A stretch of 31,283 nucleotides of DNA from a virus (IMGVR_UViG_2579778786_000007), one strand, 5' to 3'. Shown: positions 8,830 to 17,982, counted from the first letter of the stretch. Translations and numbers: made by a program. Notes: generated by a model not told the origin, from the sequence alone.

Positions 8830-10584
8830 GTGGCCTCAGTGGAACTGCAAGCAAATGCTCGAACCTTAACAAACGTGTTATCTGTAAATAAAAAATATAT
8901 AGTCCCTAGATTCCAAAGAGAATATTCTTGGGGGAAGGAACAAGTAAGTGAACTTTGGCATGATATAGTTTCCAATATTCATTACCAGGAGGATGGGCAG
9001 TATCAATATGATGAGTATTTCATCGGTGCTCTCGTTTTGGTCGGGCAGGAAACTAGCTCTGAGCTGATGATTGTAGATGGTCAACAACGTCTTACGACTC
9101 TTACTATATTGTTATCAGCATTATGTGATAAATTTAAGTTGATAAATGAGTTGGCTGTAGCTCAATCAATATATAATAATTATATATCTGGTATGGATGA
9201 CGATGGCAGACCTTTTTTTAAATTAGTTAATGAAACTCCTAAGCCATACTTTCAAAACAACATTCAGCATATTGATAAGAGAAATGAAGGACCGGAGTCC
9301 CTTGAAGAAAGAAACTTGCAATCTTCATATAATGATTTAACTGAGTATCTTTCAGAAGATAATCTTTGCCAGACATTAGGAGTAGATAGAGAGAAATTTA
9401 TCTACTTGGAAGCGTTGAAGGCTGTGCGGGATCAAGTTCTACGGTATCTGAAAGTGATTTATATTACAGTTAATGATGAAGATGAAGCTTATACAATCTT
9501 TGAAACTCTGAATGCTAGGGGATTAAACTTAAGTTATGTAGATCTTATAAAAAACAAATTATTTAAGAAACTGAATGGCACACATCCTGATGATGATGCA
9601 AAAACTAAATGGAATAAAATTAGGCAAATAATTGCTAGTCGTAATGGTGTCGGTTCTATCGAAACATTTATCCGTCATTGGTGGGTGTCAAAATATTCTT
9701 ATGTAAGTAGTGACACTCTTTATAAAGCTTTTCTGGATAAGTGGAAAAAAGGCGACATTGATGCTTCAGCGTTCATTGATGAGCTACTTTCAGATGCCGA
9801 GATATATGTGAAAATATCATCGCCTACAGAACAGGATTTTCCTGAACTGGAAATGAAACCAGTTTATCGAGGTTTGCAGGCATTAAGGCTGTTTAACATA
9901 TCTCAGAATAAACCATTTTTGTTATCTTTATTTAAGGCAAGAGCAAGAGGAACGCTAAAACTTGTTGATATGAATAATGCAGTGCTGTCAATTGAACGCT
10001 TTCATTTTATGTTTAATGCTATTTGTTCATTGCGACCATCAGGTATTGAAAGTGCGTATGCTAAAGCTGCTAGGGCTTTAGTGGATGAAGGTTCTACTAA
10101 AGCTAGTAATAGACAAGTAATAAAGTCTTTGCTTGAAATGTTGGTGAAGAGAAAACCAGACATTAATATGTTTGTTGAAAAGTTTGTTATGCTTAAATTT
10201 TCAAATCAAGAGTTGAAAAATAAAAGGTTGATTCAGTACATTTTTAATAGACTTGAGTTACATCACATGAAAACGGGGGAGTATATGCCTGATTCATTAA
10301 CATTAGAGCATATTCAGCCTCAGAGTGTGGGGGATTCTGAAGTATATAGCATGATAGGAAATTTATTACCACTTTCAAAAGAATTAAATGAAAAAGCTGG
10401 AAATAAGTCTGTTGTGGATAAGCTTGAAATTTATAAACAATCACAATATGCGCTAGTTAAAATTTTTATTGATGAATTTGAAAATAAATATCAAGGAGAA
10501 TGGACGCCCGATCATATGAGGTCAAGAGCTGCTGAACTAAGTATTTTATCGTATAATTCAGTATGGAAATTGGGGCGTGAGTAA
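8830..10584 (+). CDS. DUF262/DUF1524 two-domain nuclease, GmrSD-like (candidate type IV restriction / anti-phage defence protein)
   Basis: 584 aa. N-terminal DUF262/ParB-like motifs (PRFQREYSW; DGQQR at 9076-9090; FETLNARG); C-terminal DUF1524/His-Me-finger-like motifs (TLEHIQPQ about 10306-10320; GNLLPLSKELNEKAGNKS). Strongly AT-rich; GTG start. Confidence 0.75.
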   Translation: MASVELQANARTLTNVLSVNKKYIVPRFQREYSWGKEQVSELWHDIVSNIHYQEDGQYQYDEYFIGALVLVGQETSSELMIVDGQQRLTTLTILLSALCDKFKLINELAVAQSIYNNYISGMDDDGRPFFKLVNETPKPYFQNNIQHIDKRNEGPESLEERNLQSSYNDLTEYLSEDNLCQTLGVDREKFIYLEALKAVRDQVLRYLKVIYITVNDEDEAYTIFETLNARGLNLSYVDLIKNKLFKKLNGTHPDDDAKTKWNKIRQIIASRNGVGSIETFIRHWWVSKYSYVSSDTLYKAFLDKWKKGDIDASAFIDELLSDAEIYVKISSPTEQDFPELEMKPVYRGLQALRLFNISQNKPFLLSLFKARARGTLKLVDMNNAVLSIERFHFMFNAICSLRPSGIESAYAKAARALVDEGSTKASNRQVIKSLLEMLVKRKPDINMFVEKFVMLKFSNQELKNKRLIQYIFNRLELHHMKTGEYMPDSLTLEHIQPQSVGDSEVYSMIGNLLPLSKELNEKAGNKSVVDKLEIYKQSQYALVKIFIDEFENKYQGEWTPDHMRSRAAELSILSYNSVWKLGRE

Positions 10585-10610
10585 ATGCCGGGGGGGGCCC
10601 AGCATATTTA

Positions 10611-11657
10611 TCAAAAAGAATCGTTTGTGAAATTTAGGGAGTAGGCATCAAAGCGTATTGCTTCTTCGCCTAGCCAATAGTTAAGTTCTTGTAGCTGTTT
10701 CTGCAGGGGCATCAGTTCGTTGCGGACAAAAACACGACTAGCCTTCTCCACATCACCAAAGCCCCCAACATTATTAGGCATTATCCCCATCATTTGCGGC
10801 GGCACACGGTGTGCCGCCATCATGTCGTCCCGGCTCACGTTCTTGATATTCAGAAACTCATCCTTCGCCGCGACTTCTGACAACGGGATAATCTGAAGCC
10901 CGTCCTTTTTGCCGTTAGGAGAGTACATAAACAGGTTGCGGAAGTTGCCTGGCCCTTTGGCACTTTTCATTGCATTGCGGAGGTTGTTCACATCCTCCTG
11001 GTTCTGCGCGGCATCGGTCATGTACATGATGAAGCCTGCATGACTGCCGTTAATATAATACTTCCGGCGGAACAGCGTGGCGGACTCGTTGAGCAGGGCT
11101 GATGGAATGGCAGAAAGATAACCTGGCAGGCCGTAGATCTCCTGGTTGATGTCCGGTTCCATCAGATGAAAAATGCTGCCTTTCGTGAACTGATACGGCT
11201 GGGTTGTCATACCGTATTGCACAAACCAGTAGGTATCCAGGTCTAACCCGCGTCGGGTGTATTTTGCCAGAGCAGGCTCAAGGGCGATAACTTCACCGAA
11301 GCGGTTCGTGCGTTTCTCCAGGTAGGCGTTACCAAATACCAGATAGTCCTGCACAAAACGTGAAAAAGCCTGCTGGCTGAGCAGCGGGTGAGGGATGTAG
11401 GTACTGGTCAGAATGTTGCATTTCACCGCAATTGGTGAGCTGTGATGCACGGCGGCGCGGAAGGTTCGTGCCAGTCCGTCAAAGCTGACGGGCGGCTCAT
11501 ACCAGCGGTCCATCTGTACGCATTCCACATAGTCCAGCAGTTCTCGGCGGTCCAGAACAGGAACGGGATCGCCGAAGCTGAATGCTTCGGCTGTAGTCTG
11601 GCTTTTAAGCTGGATCTGTTTCGTCGCCGCAGCGCGGTTCTTCTTACTCTTTCCCAT
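10611..11657 (-). CDS. Q: Portal protein (P2 gpQ family)
   Basis: About 348 aa, minus strand, start ATG overlapping the P stop (TGATG); size and position match P2 Q. Confidence 0.9.
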   Translation of the reverse strand: MGKSKKNRAAATKQIQLKSQTTAEAFSFGDPVPVLDRRELLDYVECVQMDRWYEPPVSFDGLARTFRAAVHHSSPIAVKCNILTSTYIPHPLLSQQAFSRFVQDYLVFGNAYLEKRTNRFGEVIALEPALAKYTRRGLDLDTYWFVQYGMTTQPYQFTKGSIFHLMEPDINQEIYGLPGYLSAIPSALLNESATLFRRKYYINGSHAGFIMYMTDAAQNQEDVNNLRNAMKSAKGPGNFRNLFMYSPNGKKDGLQIIPLSEVAAKDEFLNIKNVSRDDMMAAHRVPPQMMGIMPNNVGGFGDVEKASRVFVRNELMPLQKQLQELNYWLGEEAIRFDAYSLNFTNDSF

Positions 11658-13252
11658 CAAAAAATCTCCACAATATTGCTGGTATTGGCGGATTCGCCCT
11701 GCAGCGGTTCGTTAAACAATGCGTGCATCGTTGCCCAGGCCAGATCGGCGTGGCTGGCTTCTTCGCTGCGGCTGGCTTCATAGGTCGGGCGGTTGCCGCT
11801 GGCGGTGGTTGCGCGACGGATTGCCATGAATGACTGCGCAATGTCGGTGTGTCCGGCGTCAAACTCCAGACGGCGGTGGCTGATAATGTCGTAGGCCTTG
11901 AGTACCAGAGCGTTTTTAACGTTGGGGTTGTAGACAAACTCCCGGACGGCTGGAAAAAACGCTTTCACGTTCTCGTAAACCCCGTGGCCGACACCTGTCG
12001 AGTCGATGCCGATGTAGGTCACGTTGTACTGCTCGGTCAGTTTTTTGATGGCGTCAGCCTGGGCGCGGAAGTCCATCCCGCGCCACTGGTGACGCTCAAG
12101 AATGCGGAACTTACCACCCGGCACGGCTGGCGGTGCCACCACCACGCATCCGGCACTGTCGCCGTTCTGCGTACCTTTTGCCGGGTCATAACCGATCCAC
12201 ACTTCGCGCCAGCCAAACGGGCGCAGGGCCAGTGCATGAAAGTCGGTCCAGACTTCCCAACTGTCCACCATGCACGCTTGCAGCTCGCTGAGCGGGAACA
12301 CGGACGCGAGATCGTCCACAAACTCACACATCAGCAGGTTCTGGTATTCGTCCGGGCTGTACTCCATGCGCAACTGGTCGAGGTCGAACAGGTTACAGCC
12401 GCCCCGCACCGCATCTTCCACGGTGACTATCTGGCGGTACTGCCCGTCTGCGCACAGCAGGCCGGGGGACAGATTGCTGTGGGACAGGTCGATGTCCACC
12501 TTATCGGCTTTGTTGCGCCCTCGGTTGAACAGCGCACCGGACCAGAACGGATAAGCACTGTGTGTCAGACTGGATGGTGTGGAAAAATAGGTCTGTCGCC
12601 ATTTTTTGTGAATAGCCATACCGGAAGCCACTTTGCGCAGCTCCTGGAATTTCGGTATCCAGAAATATTCATCCAGATACAGGTTGCCGTGGTAACTCTG
12701 GGCCGTGCGGGCATTGGTGCCGAGGAAGTAAAGCGTGGCCCCGTTAGGAAGCACCATCGGATCACCTTTCAGCTCCACCTCGACTTCTTTGGCGAAATCG
12801 ATGATGTACTGCTTAAAGACGTGAGCCTGTGCCTTACTGGCAGAAAGGAAAATCTGGTTACGTCCGGTAAGCAGGGCGTCAATCAGGGCTTCACGGGCAA
12901 AATAGAAGGTCGCGCCGATCTGGCGTGACTTTAGCAGGTTGCGGATGCGGTTGGTTTTTCCGGCTTCCCACCAGTGGCGCTGGTAGTTGAACATGGAGGA
13001 ATGGAAAATTTCTTCCAGCTTCTCAATCTGTTCATCGGTGAAAACATTCTTTTCAGGCTGACGGCGCGGGCCTTTGTTGCGGTTGGCGACGTTAGGGTTT
13101 AAGTCGGCTTCGTTGCCGCCATTGTTAAACTTGCCGATCCGCGCGTGGCGCTCAGACTGGCGCGCCAGCAGGTCAATCTCTTTGAAATCTTTCCCTTCTT
13201 TGTGCTCCTTCATAATGAGCTGGCAGTAGCGTGCGGCGGTGGTGAGCTGCAT
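11657..13252 (-). CDS. P: Terminase ATPase (large) subunit, P2 gpP family - the 531 codons downstream of an in-frame TGA
   Basis: Long minus-strand ORF divergent from O, with conserved terminase blocks; P2 gpP is about 590 aa, so the N-terminus is missing from this ORF. Confidence 0.85.
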   Translation of the reverse strand: MQLTTAARYCQLIMKEHKEGKDFKEIDLLARQSERHARIGKFNNGGNEADLNPNVANRNKGPRRQPEKNVFTDEQIEKLEEIFHSSMFNYQRHWWEAGKTNRIRNLLKSRQIGATFYFAREALIDALLTGRNQIFLSASKAQAHVFKQYIIDFAKEVEVELKGDPMVLPNGATLYFLGTNARTAQSYHGNLYLDEYFWIPKFQELRKVASGMAIHKKWRQTYFSTPSSLTHSAYPFWSGALFNRGRNKADKVDIDLSHSNLSPGLLCADGQYRQIVTVEDAVRGGCNLFDLDQLRMEYSPDEYQNLLMCEFVDDLASVFPLSELQACMVDSWEVWTDFHALALRPFGWREVWIGYDPAKGTQNGDSAGCVVVAPPAVPGGKFRILERHQWRGMDFRAQADAIKKLTEQYNVTYIGIDSTGVGHGVYENVKAFFPAVREFVYNPNVKNALVLKAYDIISHRRLEFDAGHTDIAQSFMAIRRATTASGNRPTYEASRSEEASHADLAWATMHALFNEPLQGESANTSNIVEIF

Positions 13253-13423
13253 CTGATCCAGCGGCCCATAGTCACCTCACTTGTCGCGTTTTTTCCAGCT
13301 GTGAACGGTTGCAACTTTCTCGCCCAGCATTTCAGCAATGCGGGCTACGCGGTATCCCTGAAAGTACAGCAGCATGGCCTGCCGACGGGGATCGAGATCT
13401 GCGGGTGTCAGTGTGGTGTTCAT
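11657..13423 (-). pseudogene. P: Terminase ATPase gene interrupted by an in-frame TGA (minus-strand codon at 13277-13279); 48-codon N-terminal fragment 13280-13423
   Basis: Minus-strand translation from ATG 13423 gives MNTTLTPADLDPRRQAMLLYFQGYRVARIAEMLGEKVATVHSWKKRDK, then TGA, then in the same frame GDYGPLDQ-MQLTT..., continuing into the 531-aa ORF. 48 + 1 + 8 + 531 is about 588 codons, the size of intact gpP. Confidence 0.5.
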
Positions 13424-13469
13424 GGCACAAACCTACAGCCTTGAATGAAGGCTTTCCCCGCCTGCGGTT

Positions 13470-13487
13470 TGTGTGGTTGTCGGTACA
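13470..13487. promoter_or_regulatory. TGT-N12-ACA dyad (Ogr-type late-promoter activator site) in the P/O divergent region
   Basis: TGTgtggttgtcggtACA, 79-96 bp upstream of the O start; P2 late promoters carry a TGT-N12-ACA element near -55. Confidence 0.45.
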
Positions 13488-13565
13488 AATACCGCGCATT
13501 GTTTCACTGCCCCCATCACCGCAACCATAAGGCTCCAGTAAGTTTTTTCTAACGGAGCACGGCTC

Positions 13566-14399
13566 ATGACAGTGAAAGCAAAGCGTTTTCGCATCGGGGT
13601 GGAAGGTGCCACCACCGACGGACGCGAAATCCAGCGTGAATGGCTGGAACAGATGGCAGCCAGCTACAACCCGGCGGTGTATACCGCGCTGATTAACCTT
13701 GAGCACATCAAGTCTTATCTGCCGGACAGCACCTTTAACCGCTACGGCAAGGTGACGGCGCTGTTTGCTGAAGAAATCACGGAAGGTCCGCTGGCAGGCA
13801 AGATGGCACTGTATGCCGACGTTGAGCCAACGGAGTCCCTGGTGGAACTGGTGAAAAAAGGCCAGAAATTATTCACCTCTATGGAAGTCAGCCCGAAGTT
13901 CGCTGATACGGGCAAAGCCTACCTGGTCGGCCTGGCTGCCACTGATGACCCTGCCAGTCTGGGTACGGAAATGCTGACATTCAGCGCCAGTGCAGCCCAT
14001 AACCCACTGGCAAACCGCAAGCAGAATCCTGCCAATCTCTTTACCGCTGCAGAGGAAACGGTGATCGAACTGGAAGAAATCCAGGACGATAAACCGTCCC
14101 TGTTTGCCCGTGTCACGGCGCTGTTTACCAAAAAAGAGCAGTCCGATGACGCCCGGTTCTCTGATGTGCATAAGGCCGTGGAGCTGGTCGCCACTGAGCA
14201 GCAGAACCTGAGCGCACGCACCGAAAAATCCCTGTCTGAGCAGGAAGAACGCCTGTCTGATCTGGAGACAGCCCTGCAGACACAGCAAACCGCCTTTAAC
14301 GAACTGGTGGACAAGCTGAGTCATGAAGACAGCCGCCAGGACTACCGCCAGCGTGCAACAGGCGGTAACGCCCCCGTTGACACTCTGACCAATTGCTGA
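13566..14399 (+). CDS. O: Capsid scaffolding protein (P2 gpO family)
   Basis: 277 aa, first gene of the rightward head operon; size and position match P2 O. Confidence 0.9.
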   Translation: MTVKAKRFRIGVEGATTDGREIQREWLEQMAASYNPAVYTALINLEHIKSYLPDSTFNRYGKVTALFAEEITEGPLAGKMALYADVEPTESLVELVKKGQKLFTSMEVSPKFADTGKAYLVGLAATDDPASLGTEMLTFSASAAHNPLANRKQNPANLFTAAEETVIELEEIQDDKPSLFARVTALFTKKEQSDDARFSDVHKAVELVATEQQNLSARTEKSLSEQEERLSDLETALQTQQTAFNELVDKLSHEDSRQDYRQRATGGNAPVDTLTNC

Positions 14400-14415
14400 T
14401 GGAGCACAAAACCCG

Positions 14416-15474
14416 ATGAAGAAGAATACCCGCTTTGCTTTTAACGCTTACCTGCAGCAGCTGGCGCGTCTGAACGGTGTGGCAGTTGAAGAACTGTCCA
14501 GCAAGTTCACCGTGGAGCCGTCTGTGCAGCAGACGCTGGAAGACCAGATCCAGCAGTCCGCCGCTTTCCTGACGCTGATTAATGTCACCCCGGTGACTGA
14601 GCAGTCCGGTCAGCTGCTGGGGCTGGGTGTTGGCAGCACCATTGCCGGAACCACTGACACCACCGCGAAAGAGCGTGAGCCTGTCGATCCGACGCTGATG
14701 GTCGATGTGGAATACAAATGCGAGCAGACCAACTTTGATACGGTGCTGACCTACGCGAAGCTGGACCTGTGGGCGAAATTTCAGGATTTCCAGGTGCGTA
14801 TCCGTGACGCCATCGTGAAACGTCAGGCACTGGACCGCATCATGATCGGCTTTAACGGCGTGAAGCGTGCGAAAACCTCCAACCGTAGTGAAAACCCGCT
14901 GCTGCAGGATGTGAACAAAGGCTGGCTGCAGAAAATCCGTGAAGATGCACCGGATCACGTCATGGGCAGCACCACCACGGGCGGTGAAACCACACCGGGC
15001 GCGGTGAAAGTCGGCAAAGGTGGCGAATATGCCAACCTGGACGCCGTAGTGATGGATGCCGTTAATGAGCTTATCGACGTGGTCTACCAGGACGATGACG
15101 ATCTGGTGGTGATTTGCGGTCGTGAACTGCTGTCTGACAAGTATTTCCCGCTGGTCAACAAAGAGCAGGAAAACAGTGAAAAACTGGCTGCCGATATGAT
15201 CATCAGCCAGAAACGCATGGGGGGCCTGCAGGCCGTGCGTGCGCCGTTCTTCCCGCCGAATGCGCTGCTGATCACCCGTCTGGATAACCTGTCCATCTAC
15301 TGGCAGGAAGACACCCGCCGCCGTTCAGTTATCGACAACCCGAAACGTGACCGGATTGAAAACTTTGAATCCGTTAACGAAGCCTACGTGGTTGAGGACT
15401 ACCGCTGCGCCGCACTGGTGGAAAACATCCAGATTGGCGATTTCAGCGCCGCCGCAGCAGAAGCCGGAGCGTAA
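14416..15474 (+). CDS. N: Major capsid protein (P2 gpN family)
   Basis: 352 aa following O; size and order match P2 N. Confidence 0.9.
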   Translation: MKKNTRFAFNAYLQQLARLNGVAVEELSSKFTVEPSVQQTLEDQIQQSAAFLTLINVTPVTEQSGQLLGLGVGSTIAGTTDTTAKEREPVDPTLMVDVEYKCEQTNFDTVLTYAKLDLWAKFQDFQVRIRDAIVKRQALDRIMIGFNGVKRAKTSNRSENPLLQDVNKGWLQKIREDAPDHVMGSTTTGGETTPGAVKVGKGGEYANLDAVVMDAVNELIDVVYQDDDDLVVICGRELLSDKYFPLVNKEQENSEKLAADMIISQKRMGGLQAVRAPFFPPNALLITRLDNLSIYWQEDTRRRSVIDNPKRDRIENFESVNEAYVVEDYRCAALVENIQIGDFSAAAAEAGA

Positions 15475-15477
15475 CCT

Positions 15478-16128
15478 ATGAGCCTGAGTCCCGCACGGCA
15501 GCATCGCCTGCGCGTTCAGGCTGAACAGGCCGCCCGTGAGGGCGGCAGCGTTCGCCACGCGTCGGGCTATGACCTGATGCTGCTGCAACTGGCGGAAGAC
15601 CGCCGCCGTCTCAAGGGCGTTCAGTCCACGGTCAAAAAAGCGGAAATCAAAGTGGAGCTGCTGCCGAAGTACGCCGCCTGGGCGGAGGGGGTCCTGGCTG
15701 CCGGAGGCGCGCAACAGGATGACGTGCTGATGTACGTGATGCTGTGGCGTATTGATGCCGGAGATTATGCCGGGGCGCTGGAGATCGGGCGTCATGCCCT
15801 GCGTCATGGCTGGGTGATGCCGCTGGGTAACCGCAACGTGCAGACCGTGCTGGCAGAGGAAATGGCAGACGCCGCGCAGAGCGCAATGCTTGCCGCCACC
15901 GGCTTTGATGCCGATCCGCTGCTGCAGACGCTGGAGATGACAGACGGTCTGGATATGCCGGATCAGTCACGGGCGCGACTGCATAAAGCCATTGGTGCGG
16001 TCCTGAGCGAAAGCAACCCGGCCTCCGCCCTGAACCACCTTACCCATGCGCTGCAACTCGATCCCCGCTGTGGCGTGAAAAAAGACAAACAGCAGCTGGA
16101 GCGCAGACTGCGCAATGACAGCCGCTGA
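15478..16128 (+). CDS. M: Terminase endonuclease (small) subunit (P2 gpM family)
   Basis: 216 aa after N; conserved order O-N-M-L. Confidence 0.85.
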   Translation: MSLSPARQHRLRVQAEQAAREGGSVRHASGYDLMLLQLAEDRRRLKGVQSTVKKAEIKVELLPKYAAWAEGVLAAGGAQQDDVLMYVMLWRIDAGDYAGALEIGRHALRHGWVMPLGNRNVQTVLAEEMADAAQSAMLAATGFDADPLLQTLEMTDGLDMPDQSRARLHKAIGAVLSESNPASALNHLTHALQLDPRCGVKKDKQQLERRLRNDSR

Positions 16129-16223
16129 CAGAACGTGCCCCCGCGCACGGGCGGCACGGGGTGGCGAAAGGCACTGCCACATCAAAACCCCGTCCACCGC
16201 CCTCTATTTCAGGAGAAAGCAGC

Positions 16224-16688
16224 ATGAAGTTTGTTGCGCCAGAACAGGCACCGGAACAGGCGGAAATCATCAGAAATACGCCGTTCTGGCCTGATGTGGA
16301 CCTGTCGGAGTTTCGCAGTGTGATGCGCACTGACGGCACGGTGACGCAGCCGCGTTTAAAGCAGGTTGCGCTGTCGGCAATTTCGGAGGTCAACGCAGAG
16401 CTGTATGAGTTTCGCAGACGCCAGCAGATGCTGGGGTATGCCTCGCTGGCAGAGGTTCCGGCGGAACAGCTGGACGGGAAAAGTGAGCGCATTCAGCACT
16501 ATTTCAACGCGGTTTACTGCTGGGCACGCGCCATGCTCAACGAGCGTTATCAGGACTATGACGCCACGGCATCCGGTGTGAAGCGGGGCGAGGAACTGGC
16601 GGAAGCCAGCGGTGATTTGTGGCGTGACGCCCGCTGGGCCATCAGCCGGGTGCAGGACGCGCCGCACTGCACAGTGGAGCTTATCTGA
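16224..16688 (+). CDS. L: Head completion/stabilisation protein (P2 gpL family)
   Basis: ATG 16224 with AGGAG RBS; about 154 aa; position after M. Confidence 0.8.
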   Translation: MKFVAPEQAPEQAEIIRNTPFWPDVDLSEFRSVMRTDGTVTQPRLKQVALSAISEVNAELYEFRRRQQMLGYASLAEVPAEQLDGKSERIQHYFNAVYCWARAMLNERYQDYDATASGVKRGEELAEASGDLWRDARWAISRVQDAPHCTVELI

Positions 16689-16891
16689 TGAAAGTGCGAG
16701 CGCATCAGTATGACACGGTGGATGCACTTTGCTGGCGTCATTACGGGCGCACGCAGGGTGTCACGGAGCAGGTACTGAAGGCAAATCCGGGGCTTGCCGA
16801 ATACGGCCCCTTTTTACCTCACGGGCTGCAGGTGGAGCTGCCGGACATTCCGACAACCACCACCGTGCAGACCGTCCAGCTATGGGACTGA
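16688..16891 (+). CDS. X: Tail protein X (P2 gpX family)
   Basis: 67 aa; start overlaps the L stop (ATGA); size and position match P2 X. Confidence 0.8.
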   Translation: MKVRAHQYDTVDALCWRHYGRTQGVTEQVLKANPGLAEYGPFLPHGLQVELPDIPTTTTVQTVQLWD

Positions 16892-16894
16892 ATT

Positions 16895-17110
16895 ATGACG
16901 CTTGAGCGAATCAGCGCCTTTATCACGTATTGCATCGCCGTCGTGCTGGCCTGGCTGGGCGATTTGTCCATCAAGGATGCCTCAACGCTGGGCGGCCTGA
17001 TGATCGGTGTGCTGATGCTGGCTATCAACTGGTACTACAAACACAAAGCCTACCAGCTTCTGCGCGACGGGCAGATCTCGCGGGAGGACTATGAATCCAT
17101 CAATCGTTAA
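16895..17110 (+). CDS. Holin (two-TMD, pinholin-like)
   Basis: 71 aa with two hydrophobic helices and a charged C-terminus, immediately upstream of the endolysin. Confidence 0.6.
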   Translation: MTLERISAFITYCIAVVLAWLGDLSIKDASTLGGLMIGVLMLAINWYYKHKAYQLLRDGQISREDYESINR

Positions 17111-17603
17111 ACGCTGCCTTGTCGGGGCTGTGCTGGCTATTGCTGCCACGCTGCCGGGTTTTCAGCAGCTTCACACCTCCGTGGAGGGACTGAAACTGAT
17201 CGCCGATTACGAAGGCTGTCGTCTGCAGCCGTATCAGTGCAGCGCGGGTGTCTGGACCGACGGCATTGGTAATACATCGGGCGTCATTCCCGGCAAAACA
17301 ATCACGGAACGACAGGCAGCAGAAGGGCTGATCTCCAACGTGCTGCGTGTGGAGCGGGCGCTGGAAAGGTGTGTGAAGCAACAGCCACCGCTGAAGGTGT
17401 ATGACGCTACGGTGTCGTTTGCCTTCAACGTGGGGACGGGCAATGCCTGCAGTTCCACGCTGGTGAAATTGCTCAATCAGCGGCGCTGGGCAGATGCGTG
17501 CCGACAGTTGCCGCGCTGGGTTTATGTGAAAGGTGTTTTTAATCAGGGGCTGGATAACCGCCGTGCGCGGGAGATGGCCTGGTGCTTACAGGGAGCAAAC
17601 TGA
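17091..17603 (+). CDS. K: Endolysin, lysozyme-like with N-terminal signal-anchor (SAR-type)
   Basis: N-terminal hydrophobic stretch (LVGAVLAIAATLPG) followed by LEGLKLIADYEGC...GVWTDGIGNT, resembling P21 R-type SAR endolysin. Confidence 0.8.
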   Translation: MNPSIVKRCLVGAVLAIAATLPGFQQLHTSVEGLKLIADYEGCRLQPYQCSAGVWTDGIGNTSGVIPGKTITERQAAEGLISNVLRVERALERCVKQQPPLKVYDATVSFAFNVGTGNACSSTLVKLLNQRRWADACRQLPRWVYVKGVFNQGLDNRRAREMAWCLQGAN

Positions 17604-17604
17604 A

Positions 17605-17982
17605 ATGAAAAAGAAAGTAATCAGCGGGCTGTTTCTGATGTTATGGATAGATCTGTTAATCGCCGTAATGGTGTATCCGCAGGGGATTTTTCCGGTACTG
17701 GCAGCATCTGGTGTCTGGGTAGCCTGTCTGCTGACATGGGCAGTAATTCCGGTATCACTGGCTGTGTTAATTAAGAACGGCCCGCTCTGGCAGGAGTTGA
17801 GGGCATCTTTGCTGAAGACAATTACCCGAAAAGAAAACGTATTTATCAGCTGGATGATGCGATTGCTGATTGTCGTCAGTCTCGCCTGGACGGGGTGGGC
17901 TATTACCCTGGTCTTTTTTCTGCTGACCGTTATTGCCTTTTGGATGACCCGTAATCAGATTGCGCAACAGGTATCAGCATGA
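17605..17982 (+). CDS. lysA: LysA-like membrane protein (lysis timing)
   Basis: ATG one base after the endolysin stop; about 125 aa with several TM helices. Confidence 0.6.
   Translation: MKKKVISGLFLMLWIDLLIAVMVYPQGIFPVLAASGVWVACLLTWAVIPVSLAVLIKNGPLWQELRASLLKTITRKENVFISWMMRLLIVVSLAWTGWAITLVFFLLTVIAFWMTRNQIAQQVSA

Noticed and set aside
11849-12928. 359-aa plus-strand ORF antisense to terminase gene P (similar long antisense ORFs at 5927-6667, 14296-14958, 27826-28854, 29688-30499)
   Set aside because: They lie entirely inside well-supported phage genes on the opposite strand, have no RBS context and low-complexity Arg/Ala/Gly-rich translations; typical shadow ORFs in GC-rich coding DNA.
13446-13464. 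Second cos-like match (minus strand AGGCGGGGAAAGC) in the P/O intergenic region
   Set aside because: Matches only the central 13 nt of the recalled cos sequence and lies between the divergent late promoters, inconsistent with P2/186 organisation where cos is next to the Q end; more likely a chance GC-rich match.
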